Shown piece by piece: positions 33,581 to 41,699 of a stretch of DNA of 64,000 bases (positions are counted from its first letter, which is position 1; the number at the start of each line of letters is the position of its first letter). Made by a program: the position numbers and the translations under genes. The stretch is taken from IMG/VR virus record IMGVR_UViG_3300018080_000161; one strand, 5' to 3'. The notes below the pieces were generated by a model that saw nothing but the letters and a program-made list of their open reading frames with translations, was not told the DNA's origin and did no database searches. Source of the DNA: an uncultured virus (IMG/VR IMGVR_UViG_3300018080_000161) (lineage: Duplodnaviria > Heunggongvirae > Uroviricota > Caudoviricetes).

Positions 33581-35032
33581 ATGGCCGGTTGGACACAGCA
33601 TTTTTTCAATAGCTTCGAGTTCCCGACTCCTCAGACCGAGGAGCCGAAAGACGAGATCGAAGCGGAAGAGCAGATGGAAGCGGAGGGTGCTGAAGACCCC
33701 TTCGTGAAGTTCAAATTTGCCATGACCGAGACTCCCGAGGAGCCTCCACCGGTCACGTACAGCACCTTCGCCGACCCCAAGTCGGTCAAGCCTGTGACGA
33801 AGCAGTCGGTCAAAGAGATGATTGACGGCATCGAGGAGTGGGTGGAGCAGCAGCAGGCCCCCCTTATCGACTTCGACAGTCTGCCGAAACCCATCATCCA
33901 GTCCCCCGACATGGCGGAGATCGCAGAGGAGATAGCCGCAGGGCTCCAAGTCCCGAAAGCGCTTCTGGAAGGGGAGCACACGACCCCGGTCGGCGTTGTC
34001 GTCATCGACCCGAAGACGGACGAGGAAGTGAACCTCACGGTCCTGAAGCAGAAGGACCCGCCTGCCGAACCCCTTCAGCTTGGTGTCGACTTCGGGCTCA
34101 ATCTCGATTTCAAGGAGACAGACCCGATCGAAGTGCAGAGCGACAACCCCTTCGCGAAGATCGAAGTGACCGAGATGGAAGTGATTCCCGCTGGTATCGA
34201 ACCGATCGAACAGGTTGCGACGGGGCTCGACGTTCCTCCCAAGGTAGTGAAGCTGCCCACGACCGCAGCGGACCTGTGGACCCCTGTCGTCCGGACCATC
34301 GTCATCGGCGACGTGCACGGGTGCATGCACGAGCTCGAGGAACTGCTGAAGAAGGTCAACTACACCAGCGAGGACAGGCTCGTGTTCCTGGGGGACTTGG
34401 TCGACCGTGGTCCCTGGTCTTTGGAGTGCCTGCGGCTGGCCCGCGCGCTCGGCGCCGAGTGCTGTCTCGGCAACCACGAGGAGACGCACCTTCGGTGGGC
34501 CAAGCACGAGGAAAAGAAGAACTGGATCAAGGGCTACAAGAACCCCATGGCGAACCGGGGCGAGGAGTGGATGAAGCTGCACGCCTCCATGAGCCCCAAC
34601 GACATCCACTTCCTCGAAGGGATGAAGGCGTTCGTGCAGTTGGAGCCTGACTTGGTCGCGGTCCACGCGGGGTTGGAGCCCGGCGTCCTGCCGCACGAGC
34701 AGAAGGTGCGGAGCCTGACCCGCGTCAGGTGGGTCAACCAAGAGACGGGCAAGTTCGTACCCCTCGAGCACCACGACTTGAGCCAGCCGAAGAACACGGT
34801 GCGTTGGCACGACCTGTGGAGCGGACCGGACAGCGTCGTGTACGGACACGCCGTCAGGACCCTGTTCGAACCGCACATCACGATGCCGGTGCCCAACGCG
34901 GTGTGGACCTACGGGCTCGACACCGGGTGCGTGTACGGCGGCATGCTCACCGCGATGATCCTGCCTGGCAGGCACATCGTCCAGGTGCCCGCTTTCGAAG
35001 AGTACTGCAAGCCGGTGCTCGATACGTTGTGA
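33581..35032 (+). CDS. metallophosphoesterase (ApaH/PrpE/PPP family) with long acidic N-terminus
   Basis: GDVHGC, GDLVDRGP, GNHE, HAG, YGH, LDTGCVYGG. Confidence 0.9.
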   Translation: MAGWTQHFFNSFEFPTPQTEEPKDEIEAEEQMEAEGAEDPFVKFKFAMTETPEEPPPVTYSTFADPKSVKPVTKQSVKEMIDGIEEWVEQQQAPLIDFDSLPKPIIQSPDMAEIAEEIAAGLQVPKALLEGEHTTPVGVVVIDPKTDEEVNLTVLKQKDPPAEPLQLGVDFGLNLDFKETDPIEVQSDNPFAKIEVTEMEVIPAGIEPIEQVATGLDVPPKVVKLPTTAADLWTPVVRTIVIGDVHGCMHELEELLKKVNYTSEDRLVFLGDLVDRGPWSLECLRLARALGAECCLGNHEETHLRWAKHEEKKNWIKGYKNPMANRGEEWMKLHASMSPNDIHFLEGMKAFVQLEPDLVAVHAGLEPGVLPHEQKVRSLTRVRWVNQETGKFVPLEHHDLSQPKNTVRWHDLWSGPDSVVYGHAVRTLFEPHITMPVPNAVWTYGLDTGCVYGGMLTAMILPGRHIVQVPAFEEYCKPVLDTL

Positions 35033-35039
35033 GGAAGCA

Positions 35040-35372
35040 ATGTTGATCCTGGTAGACTTCACCTTGTACGAGAAGAGCGGCCGGGTGCACGGCATCGCGA
35101 GCGGCTACCGTCCGGTCTGGCGCAGGGAGACGACCCACACGAGCTCGCTGCACTGCGGTGCGCTCTGGCTGCCCACGGGCTACGACCTCCCTCTGGGTTA
35201 CACGTGCAGAGCAGTCCTTCAACCGCTCTGCCCCGAGTTCTGGGAGTCGGTCGTCCAAGGCGAGATGGTGCACGCCTTCGAAGGAGAGAAGTGCACCGGG
35301 CTCGCCGTCGTGCGCTCCGTGTTCGACGGTCCTGGCATCCGGACACCTCGCGACCCTGGTGCAAAGGAGTAG
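35040..35372 (+). CDS. EF-Tu domain-III-like small protein
   Basis: SGR..GI.SGYRP...EG..CTG..VV pattern; GAGG SD. Confidence 0.45.
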   Translation: MLILVDFTLYEKSGRVHGIASGYRPVWRRETTHTSSLHCGALWLPTGYDLPLGYTCRAVLQPLCPEFWESVVQGEMVHAFEGEKCTGLAVVRSVFDGPGIRTPRDPGAKE

Positions 35373-35392
35373 GCCCGAGTATCATAGGAGGC

Positions 35393-36892
35393 ATGAACTC
35401 GGACAAAGTGCTCTCCCAAATCCGTTGGGGCGGTTACGGGAGCTACGAAGGACCGTATTTTCTAGGACGTCTCCCCTACCGCCCCCCTTCCGATCCAACC
35501 TTCTGGCAGAAGGTACTCGCCGTCGTCACCGCGACGGAAGGAGGTACCTACGACGCCGTCAACATGTACGACCGGTGCATCTTGTCGGTGGGCATCATCC
35601 AATGGTGTGAGGCTGCCAGCATCTTCGGTGTGAGCAAGATGCTCGGCGACTGCGCCAAGGGCGGTGCCGAGGAGCTCGTCAACAAGTACCTGCACGAGAT
35701 GCGCGAGCCGGCCGGCATCTGCGGCATCGGGCAGTACGGCGCGAAGTGGCGCTTCTACGACGACGGCAAGCAGATCACCACCAAGGAGCAACAGCGCGCC
35801 CTGTTCCTAGGCGGTTCGACCGGCCTCAAGGGTCAGTGGACCCCCGAGCAGAAGGAGCACGCCAAGCGCGTGGCAGCCGTCATGGCGACGCTCTGGAACG
35901 AGCCCATGTTCCGGACCGTGCAGGAGAACTTCACGATCAAGCGGCTTCCCTCCTTCGCGATGCCCAAGTCTCGAGCCATCCTGTTCGACAAGGTGCCCGA
36001 CGTGGACGGCGATCCCTGGGAAGGAGCTCTGCGGGCCGCCTTCATCTCCTTCGCCGCCAACCTCCCGGCCGTCGCTGACAAGCACTTCCTGATGGCGACG
36101 AACAAGGGTGGGTGGTGGAGCCTCAGTTCCCGCAACCGCTGCATCGCGGCCATCCGGCAGATGACGTTCGGGCCCGAGATCAGCATCTACCCGCATCGGT
36201 ACAACAAGATCAGACCGGTGCTCGAGAAGTTGTTCAAGATCGATCTGCCCGACTTCGCTGAGGAGCTCGAGAAGTTCAAGCAGGCCAACCCGCTGGCCCT
36301 CGTCTTCCCCGACACCGAGAGCATCCAAGAGGAGCTCATCGCCCAGGGCTACGACCTGGGGCCGCACGGTGCGGACGGGCTCTACGGCAACGCCACGCGC
36401 GCCGCAGTCAAACTCTTCGAGGAGAAGCACAACCTGCTCGACGAGAACAAGCGCGGTCCGGACGGGATGCCCGACTCCGTCATGCTCGACGAGCTCGCGA
36501 GCGGAAGGACGAAGCGGCTGAAGGGGAGCTCGCCCCCAGCTCCGGTCCCGGTCGTCGAGCCACCAGAGGAGTTTTCCAAGCTACCGCTCGAGCGCCCGAC
36601 CCAGCCGAGTACGCCGTCCCCTCTCGCCGACGCCCCCTCCCGACCTGACGGAGAGGGGGCACCCAAAGACGAACTGGCTGGCAAACTTGCTGAGCTCTCT
36701 TCTGAACTGGCTTCGGCGGGTGTTGTCGCGGCGCAGCTCGCCTCCAAACTCATGAGCCACGCGGGGGAGCAGGGGTTGCCTCTCAACAACGCCAACTCCG
36801 AGACGATCAAGACCGCGACGGCCGCGCTCGAGAGTGCTGCCCGAGCAGGCGTCGTGGCTCGAGACCTCTACCCGTTCACGAAGGTGCAGTGA
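35393..36892 (+). CDS. putative endolysin with peptidoglycan-binding domain
   Basis: TEGGTYDAVNMYD..LSVGIIQW lysozyme-like motif; IQEELIAQGYDLG..GADGLYGNATRAAVKLF PG-binding domain. Confidence 0.75.
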   Translation: MNSDKVLSQIRWGGYGSYEGPYFLGRLPYRPPSDPTFWQKVLAVVTATEGGTYDAVNMYDRCILSVGIIQWCEAASIFGVSKMLGDCAKGGAEELVNKYLHEMREPAGICGIGQYGAKWRFYDDGKQITTKEQQRALFLGGSTGLKGQWTPEQKEHAKRVAAVMATLWNEPMFRTVQENFTIKRLPSFAMPKSRAILFDKVPDVDGDPWEGALRAAFISFAANLPAVADKHFLMATNKGGWWSLSSRNRCIAAIRQMTFGPEISIYPHRYNKIRPVLEKLFKIDLPDFAEELEKFKQANPLALVFPDTESIQEELIAQGYDLGPHGADGLYGNATRAAVKLFEEKHNLLDENKRGPDGMPDSVMLDELASGRTKRLKGSSPPAPVPVVEPPEEFSKLPLERPTQPSTPSPLADAPSRPDGEGAPKDELAGKLAELSSELASAGVVAAQLASKLMSHAGEQGLPLNNANSETIKTATAALESAARAGVVARDLYPFTKVQ

Positions 36893-37095
36893 TGCAGTCG
36901 GAGGATCGGTGGCTCGAGACGACGAAACCCGGCGGTGCCTCACCGTCCGAACAGTCCGAACCTTCCCTCAATCGCCGTCAACGCCGGGCTCTGGCGGCCC
37001 GACAGCGGAAAGAGGACCGGAAGCTGAAAAAGCAGTTCGAAAGAGAAGCACGTGAACGCTTTCGTCGCGTAGCTAGCCGGGCGGATATGCCCTAA
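36889..37095 (+). CDS. small basic protein
   Basis: LNRRQRRA motif. Confidence 0.45.
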   Translation: MMQSEDRWLETTKPGGASPSEQSEPSLNRRQRRALAARQRKEDRKLKKQFEREARERFRRVASRADMP

Positions 37096-37109
37096 GAGTA
37101 AGAGGCGAG

Positions 37110-37478
37110 ATGTTGTTGGCTCTAGCAGCAGATCCAGTCGTCGAACCCGTTTCGGAGGGACTAAGCAGCCTTGTCAAACAGGGCGTTTTAGGAGCGCTAT
37201 GTGTGATCTTGATGGGTGCCTTGTTCATGGCGGTGCGGGCTTTGGTGAAGGCCAAGGATCAGCGTGCCGACGACATCCGCGATATGGGGACCGCCATGAA
37301 AGACCTGAACGCGGCTTCCAACACCTTGGTCATCGAGACGAACCGGACGATGGACTCGATGAGTACGAAGATGGAAGCCCACAATCGCGAGACCGAGGAG
37401 ATGCGGAGGGCGATCAACGAGCTGGAGAAGCAGCAGGCCCTCTTCGTCGCAACGGCCAAGCAACAGGGGCGGGGATGA
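37110..37478 (+). CDS. holin-like membrane protein
   Basis: One TM helix then coiled coil, next to endolysin. Confidence 0.55.
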   Translation: MLLALAADPVVEPVSEGLSSLVKQGVLGALCVILMGALFMAVRALVKAKDQRADDIRDMGTAMKDLNAASNTLVIETNRTMDSMSTKMEAHNRETEEMRRAINELEKQQALFVATAKQQGRG

Positions 37479-37690
37479 AAAAGTCATGGTGGCACTACTT
37501 CTGGCCTTTCAGGCGTGACGACACGTCGGACGAGGACGAGTTCAGGAAGCAACTGGCAACCGTCCATGTTAGAAAAGGAGACATGGAGGATGCCGCCGAG
37601 AGGTTGAGGAAAGCCCGAACGGCGATCCACCACCGTGCTCAAGAACTCACCGGAGATGTCGATGTCGAAGCCCCCGTCAAATCCGCCTAG
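37475..37690 (+). CDS. small hypothetical protein (lysis region)
   Basis: ATGA overlap; aromatic N-terminus. Confidence 0.5.
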   Translation: MKKSWWHYFWPFRRDDTSDEDEFRKQLATVHVRKGDMEDAAERLRKARTAIHHRAQELTGDVDVEAPVKSA

Positions 37691-38387
37691 CAGCGGCAAG
37701 TCCACGAAGTCTTCGGGAAGGTACCAGCTCGTGCTCGACGAGACGCTCTCCAGCCCGGAGGGGCGGCGTGCGGTCAAGCGCGGCCGCGACGAGCTCGAGC
37801 ACTCGAAGACGAGCGTGCCTCCCGACTCCGAGGCTCCCGACTCCGACAAGGCGACACGCGAGTCAATGGCGAGCAGCTCGGACGTCGAGGACTTGAAGGA
37901 GAGCACGGGCGCCTTCGTGGCGGGGGTGGACCAGATCACGGACGTGCTGCTGCTCATCCTGGGAAAGTTCGACAAGGCCCTCTTCCGCATCCAGGCCGTT
38001 ACCGTGCTCAGCGTCCTCGCCTTCCTGGGCATCATGTACGTGAGCTTCCGTGTCCAGGTGCTTTCCTACCAACAGGATGCCGACCAGAAGGAGCTCGAGG
38101 CCCTCCGCAACCGCCTCGAGAAGAAGATAGACAGGGTCGAGAAGGGTCAGAAGGAAGCAGCCGACAAGACCCCTACGATTCGCATCGTGGGCGACGAGGA
38201 CGGCAACGCGAAGGTCGTCATCGAGCCCAGCGAGAGTGCGAAGGCTGCGGCTCCTCCTCCCCCTTCAACGACGGCTCGGTACACCGCGCCCGCCCCCAAG
38301 GCCACACGCGTCGAGATTCCGCTCGACCTTCCGAACGCGAAGAAGGTTCCGCCTGACGCGAAGGAAGCCGACGTCTACGCCTATTGA
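37656..38387 (+). CDS. membrane protein, spanin-like topology
   Basis: Central TM helix, coiled coil, Pro-rich tail. Confidence 0.55.
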   Translation: MSMSKPPSNPPSSGKSTKSSGRYQLVLDETLSSPEGRRAVKRGRDELEHSKTSVPPDSEAPDSDKATRESMASSSDVEDLKESTGAFVAGVDQITDVLLLILGKFDKALFRIQAVTVLSVLAFLGIMYVSFRVQVLSYQQDADQKELEALRNRLEKKIDRVEKGQKEAADKTPTIRIVGDEDGNAKVVIEPSESAKAAAPPPPSTTARYTAPAPKATRVEIPLDLPNAKKVPPDAKEADVYAY

Positions 38388-38411
38388 CAATTCTTCCGAG
38401 GTTGTTATCTT
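38384..38411 (+). promoter_or_regulatory. sigma70-type promoter followed by palindrome
   Basis: TTGACA-16-TATCTT with extended TG; GCGACCACGTGGTCGC at 38425-38440. Confidence 0.7.
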
Positions 38412-38447
38412 GGTGGCGTAGGATGCGACCACGTGGTCGCGTATGCC

Positions 38448-38867
38448 ATGGACAAGCAGCCTCTCCAGATGGACGAACTCGACCGGCTCGAGCAGTGGGC
38501 TCAAGCGTGGGCCGAGGAAGACGACGAGGACAACGAGCTCCCCGAGCTTCTCCTGCGGCTCTTGCAGGAGAACAAGGAACTGCGTCTGCTGCTCGTGGAC
38601 AGCGAGGACAGGGTCAACATGGTCCGCAAGCTGGTCGAGGAGGCTGACAGCGCGAAGAAGGTAGTCGAGGAGCAGCGCAAGCTCATCAAGCGCGCCGAGA
38701 TGCGACTGGGGTTTGCCAACCAGCGGCTCGAGGAAATCAAGACTCTGGCCTCGCGTCCGATATACTTGCCCGATGACGTACCGAAGTCTGCAAGCCAAGA
38801 TCGATCAACTACGACGGGAGATAGCCCAACTCCGCAAAGATGGGGAAGCCGCCACCAAGGCGGGTGA
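38448..38867 (+). CDS. coiled-coil hypothetical protein
   Basis: Heptad-rich, typical codon usage. Confidence 0.6.
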   Translation: MDKQPLQMDELDRLEQWAQAWAEEDDEDNELPELLLRLLQENKELRLLLVDSEDRVNMVRKLVEEADSAKKVVEEQRKLIKRAEMRLGFANQRLEEIKTLASRPIYLPDDVPKSASQDRSTTTGDSPTPQRWGSRHQGG

Positions 38868-38943
38868 CACGCGCGGGGCCGTCCACAAGATCAAGATGAT
38901 CAAGGCCCGAGAGCGAGAGTTGAAGGCGATGCAGAAGAGGTGA
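38773..38943 (+). CDS. small basic helical protein
   Basis: MTYRSLQAKIDQLRREI; ends flush with next ORF. Confidence 0.4.
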   Translation: MTYRSLQAKIDQLRREIAQLRKDGEAATKAGDTRGAVHKIKMIKARERELKAMQKR

Positions 38944-38944
38944 C

Positions 38945-40009
38945 ATGCCGCAACTGCTGAACGTGCTCCAAGACCCCGAGAAGGCCCTCAGTGAGATCTA
39001 CGCGCAGAAGCTGCGCGGCGACGTGCTGCTGCACTCGGTCTCCGTCCAGCACCAGATGGAAGCGAGCGGAAGCCACACCATCGAGATCACGTCCACGTTC
39101 TCTCGGAGCGTGTCAGCATCACACTTCAGGGGGTTCGAAGCGCATACCGACCCCATGAGAATCGAGCGGGACTCGGACAAGTTCGCTGTCACCTCGCGCA
39201 TCAATTCGAGTGTCTTCGAAACCGGTGACCCCGCGCATATCCTGGCGCACATCGTCGACCAGACCCTCTACGAACTGATGCAGAAGAAGGTGATCGGTCC
39301 TGCCGATTTCCACGGCGCGCCGGCCGTGCCGGCCCATCAGGACCGGGGTGCGCTTATCACGGGCAACTTGCCGAACCTGGCTGAAGCCCGAGCTGCTGAA
39401 GACCAGAAGGTGGTGGAGCGAAGGGAGCGCCGCCGTCTCGCGAGCCTTTCTCGAGCGGCCAAGTGGCAAGGCGACAAGACCCCGGAGACGGTCAGGCTCG
39501 ACGAACCGGAAGCGCAGATGGACCCGGCCGAGGAAGCGCGCCGGGAGGAAGCGAAGGTCGCGAGCAAGTTGGAGCTCGAGAGGGCCGACCAGATCCAGAA
39601 GGCCGAGCAATGCATCGCTCCCTTGAGGGAGCTCACGAGGGAGATGAGTCTGGAGTGGGGCAAGGCAGCCGAGGCTGACTTCGACAATGCGCAGGCCCGA
39701 GTCGAAGCGGAGCTTCTGGGCGGTTCGGTTCCCGATGGCGCCTCTCCGTGGATCGTCGCGAAGCAGCGGGCTTTGGAGGCGCGAGCGTTGCTCGACGGGC
39801 TCATCAAACAAGCCGACGCTCGCATCCTGAACGAGAGCATCCTGATGTTCGAAGTGGACATCGACGAGGAGGACGTGCCCAAGAACGTGGGGCTCGAGCT
39901 CGACACGACGCCTGCCTTCCTCGAGGACGTGCCCAAGGAAGAGGAAGAGGACGACTCCCAACTCAACCTTGCCCAGGGGGTGGCTACCTTGATCAACACT
40001 TCCCGATGA
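38945..40009 (+). CDS. hypothetical protein
   Basis: GAGGTG SD, 354 aa. Confidence 0.7.
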   Translation: MPQLLNVLQDPEKALSEIYAQKLRGDVLLHSVSVQHQMEASGSHTIEITSTFSRSVSASHFRGFEAHTDPMRIERDSDKFAVTSRINSSVFETGDPAHILAHIVDQTLYELMQKKVIGPADFHGAPAVPAHQDRGALITGNLPNLAEARAAEDQKVVERRERRRLASLSRAAKWQGDKTPETVRLDEPEAQMDPAEEARREEAKVASKLELERADQIQKAEQCIAPLRELTREMSLEWGKAAEADFDNAQARVEAELLGGSVPDGASPWIVAKQRALEARALLDGLIKQADARILNESILMFEVDIDEEDVPKNVGLELDTTPAFLEDVPKEEEEDDSQLNLAQGVATLINTSR

Positions 40010-40046
40010 AGTCGGGGCGAGGTATGCTGAAGTCTCGGAGGTCGAG

Positions 40047-40352
40047 ATGAACGAGCGCATGAACGAAACCCTGATGGCAATTCGAGGGCATCTACGCGAA
40101 GACGAGAGCGCGGGCATCGGGGGTGTGACGCCTCCGGAGGACGACGACCCCGCCATCGAGACCTTGTACCCGGATGAGACGGAGCTCGACGAGAAGAAGC
40201 CCAAGCTCGGCTCCGGAGGCAGGTTCAAGAAGCTCGTCAAGAAGCTGCGGGGCCGCAAGGGCGTCAAGGACCCCGAGGCTCTCGCCGCCTACATCGGACG
40301 CGAGAAGTACGGCAAGAAGGGCTTTCAGAAGCTCTCTGCCGGTGGAAAGTGA
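40047..40352 (+). CDS. hypothetical protein
   Basis: GSGGRFKKL..K...DP.ALAAYIGR.KYG motif seen in phage head-associated proteins. Confidence 0.7.
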   Translation: MNERMNETLMAIRGHLREDESAGIGGVTPPEDDDPAIETLYPDETELDEKKPKLGSGGRFKKLVKKLRGRKGVKDPEALAAYIGREKYGKKGFQKLSAGGK

Positions 40353-40359
40353 GGGACTG

Positions 40360-40767
40360 ATGGGAAAGTCGATTTGGTCTGACGGGAAGCTACCCCCCGA
40401 CGTTTTCGAAGACTTCACGCACCTGGCAGCCGTGCCCGTGCTCGCTCCTGTGAACGAGCGCAAGACCTTCCACGCCGTCGACTTCCTGAAGAAGGCGATG
40501 AGCGTTCTCGGTGTCGAAGACGGACGCATCGAGAAGGGCTACATGGGAGGGGGCCGCGACATCGCCACGGCTTCTGTTTCGGTCAAGGGTAACCCCATCC
40601 TCACCGTGATGTGGGACACCTACGACCAAACCGGCAACGAGCTCAAGGGCATCTGGGTGCCGAAGCACGCGTACCCGAAGCTCAAGGGTTTGCTTCCCAA
40701 CCACAAGAGCCGTCCCGATCAGGGAGGGTTGTTTCTGACTCCAGACGAACAAATCAGCACCAGGTAG
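40360..40767 (+). CDS. hypothetical protein
   Basis: GAGG SD. Confidence 0.6.
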   Translation: MGKSIWSDGKLPPDVFEDFTHLAAVPVLAPVNERKTFHAVDFLKKAMSVLGVEDGRIEKGYMGGGRDIATASVSVKGNPILTVMWDTYDQTGNELKGIWVPKHAYPKLKGLLPNHKSRPDQGGLFLTPDEQISTR

Positions 40768-40768
40768 C

Positions 40769-41638
40769 ATGCTTCACATACCCGAGAAGATCGCGAGTGG
40801 GGAGATCATTCCGGTAGTGGCAGTATCAGGCGGCAAGGACTCGACTGCTGTCTGTCTGGCACTTCGTGATGAGGGAATAGAACACCGTCGGGTGTTCGCC
40901 GACACCGGTTGGGAACACTGGACGACCTACGAACACCTCGACATGCTCCGCGAGAAGCTGGGGCCCATCGACGTCGTCGGAGTCAACGGCGGCTTCGTGT
41001 CCCGCATGCGGTACCGCGCCGGCTTCGCCTCGAGGATGGCCCGGTGGTGCACGAGGGAGCTCAAGATCGAACCTCTGCTCAAGTACCACAACGAGATTCG
41101 AGACAACGAGGGTGACACCGTGAGTGTGGTGGGCATCCGCGCCGCCGAGTCTCCCCGCCGTGCCGAGATGAAGGAGTTCGAGGACGACGACGGCTGGGGT
41201 GGCTACGTGTGGAGACCCATCCTGCACTGGCCCGTCGAGGCCGTGCTCGCCATCCACCATCGGCACGGTGTGCCCGTCCACCCGCTGTACAAGGCAGGCA
41301 TGTCGAGGGTCGGGTGCTGGCCGTGCATCTTCTCGCGCAAGGCCGAGATCCGGCGCATCGCCGAGCTGGACCCCGAGCGCATCGACTTGATCCGCAACCT
41401 CGAGAACGAACTGACGGAGCTCCGGGCGCAGCGCAACCGGGAGAAGCCTGGGAGGTACGCACACGCCACGGCGACCTTCTTCCAGAGCATCGACCGCAAG
41501 ACGACCAACAACATCGACCAGGTGGTCGCCTGGTCGAAGACGAAGCGCGGTGGCAAGGAGGTCGAACTGCTCGCGCCTCCGCCGCTCGAAGGCTGCTATC
41601 GCTGGGGGATGTGCGAAGCCCCCGTCCCCGAGGAATGA
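40769..41638 (+). CDS. PAPS reductase-family (PP-loop) protein
   Basis: SGGKDS, FADTGWE, RWCT.ELK, GIRAAES..R, RVGCWPC. Confidence 0.85.
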   Translation: MLHIPEKIASGEIIPVVAVSGGKDSTAVCLALRDEGIEHRRVFADTGWEHWTTYEHLDMLREKLGPIDVVGVNGGFVSRMRYRAGFASRMARWCTRELKIEPLLKYHNEIRDNEGDTVSVVGIRAAESPRRAEMKEFEDDDGWGGYVWRPILHWPVEAVLAIHHRHGVPVHPLYKAGMSRVGCWPCIFSRKAEIRRIAELDPERIDLIRNLENELTELRAQRNREKPGRYAHATATFFQSIDRKTTNNIDQVVAWSKTKRGGKEVELLAPPPLEGCYRWGMCEAPVPEE

Positions 41639-41699
41639 CCCTCTTACATCTCTGGTGATGTAGAGCCCGTTCGGCTACTATCTGTGTCGGAGGTTTCGA

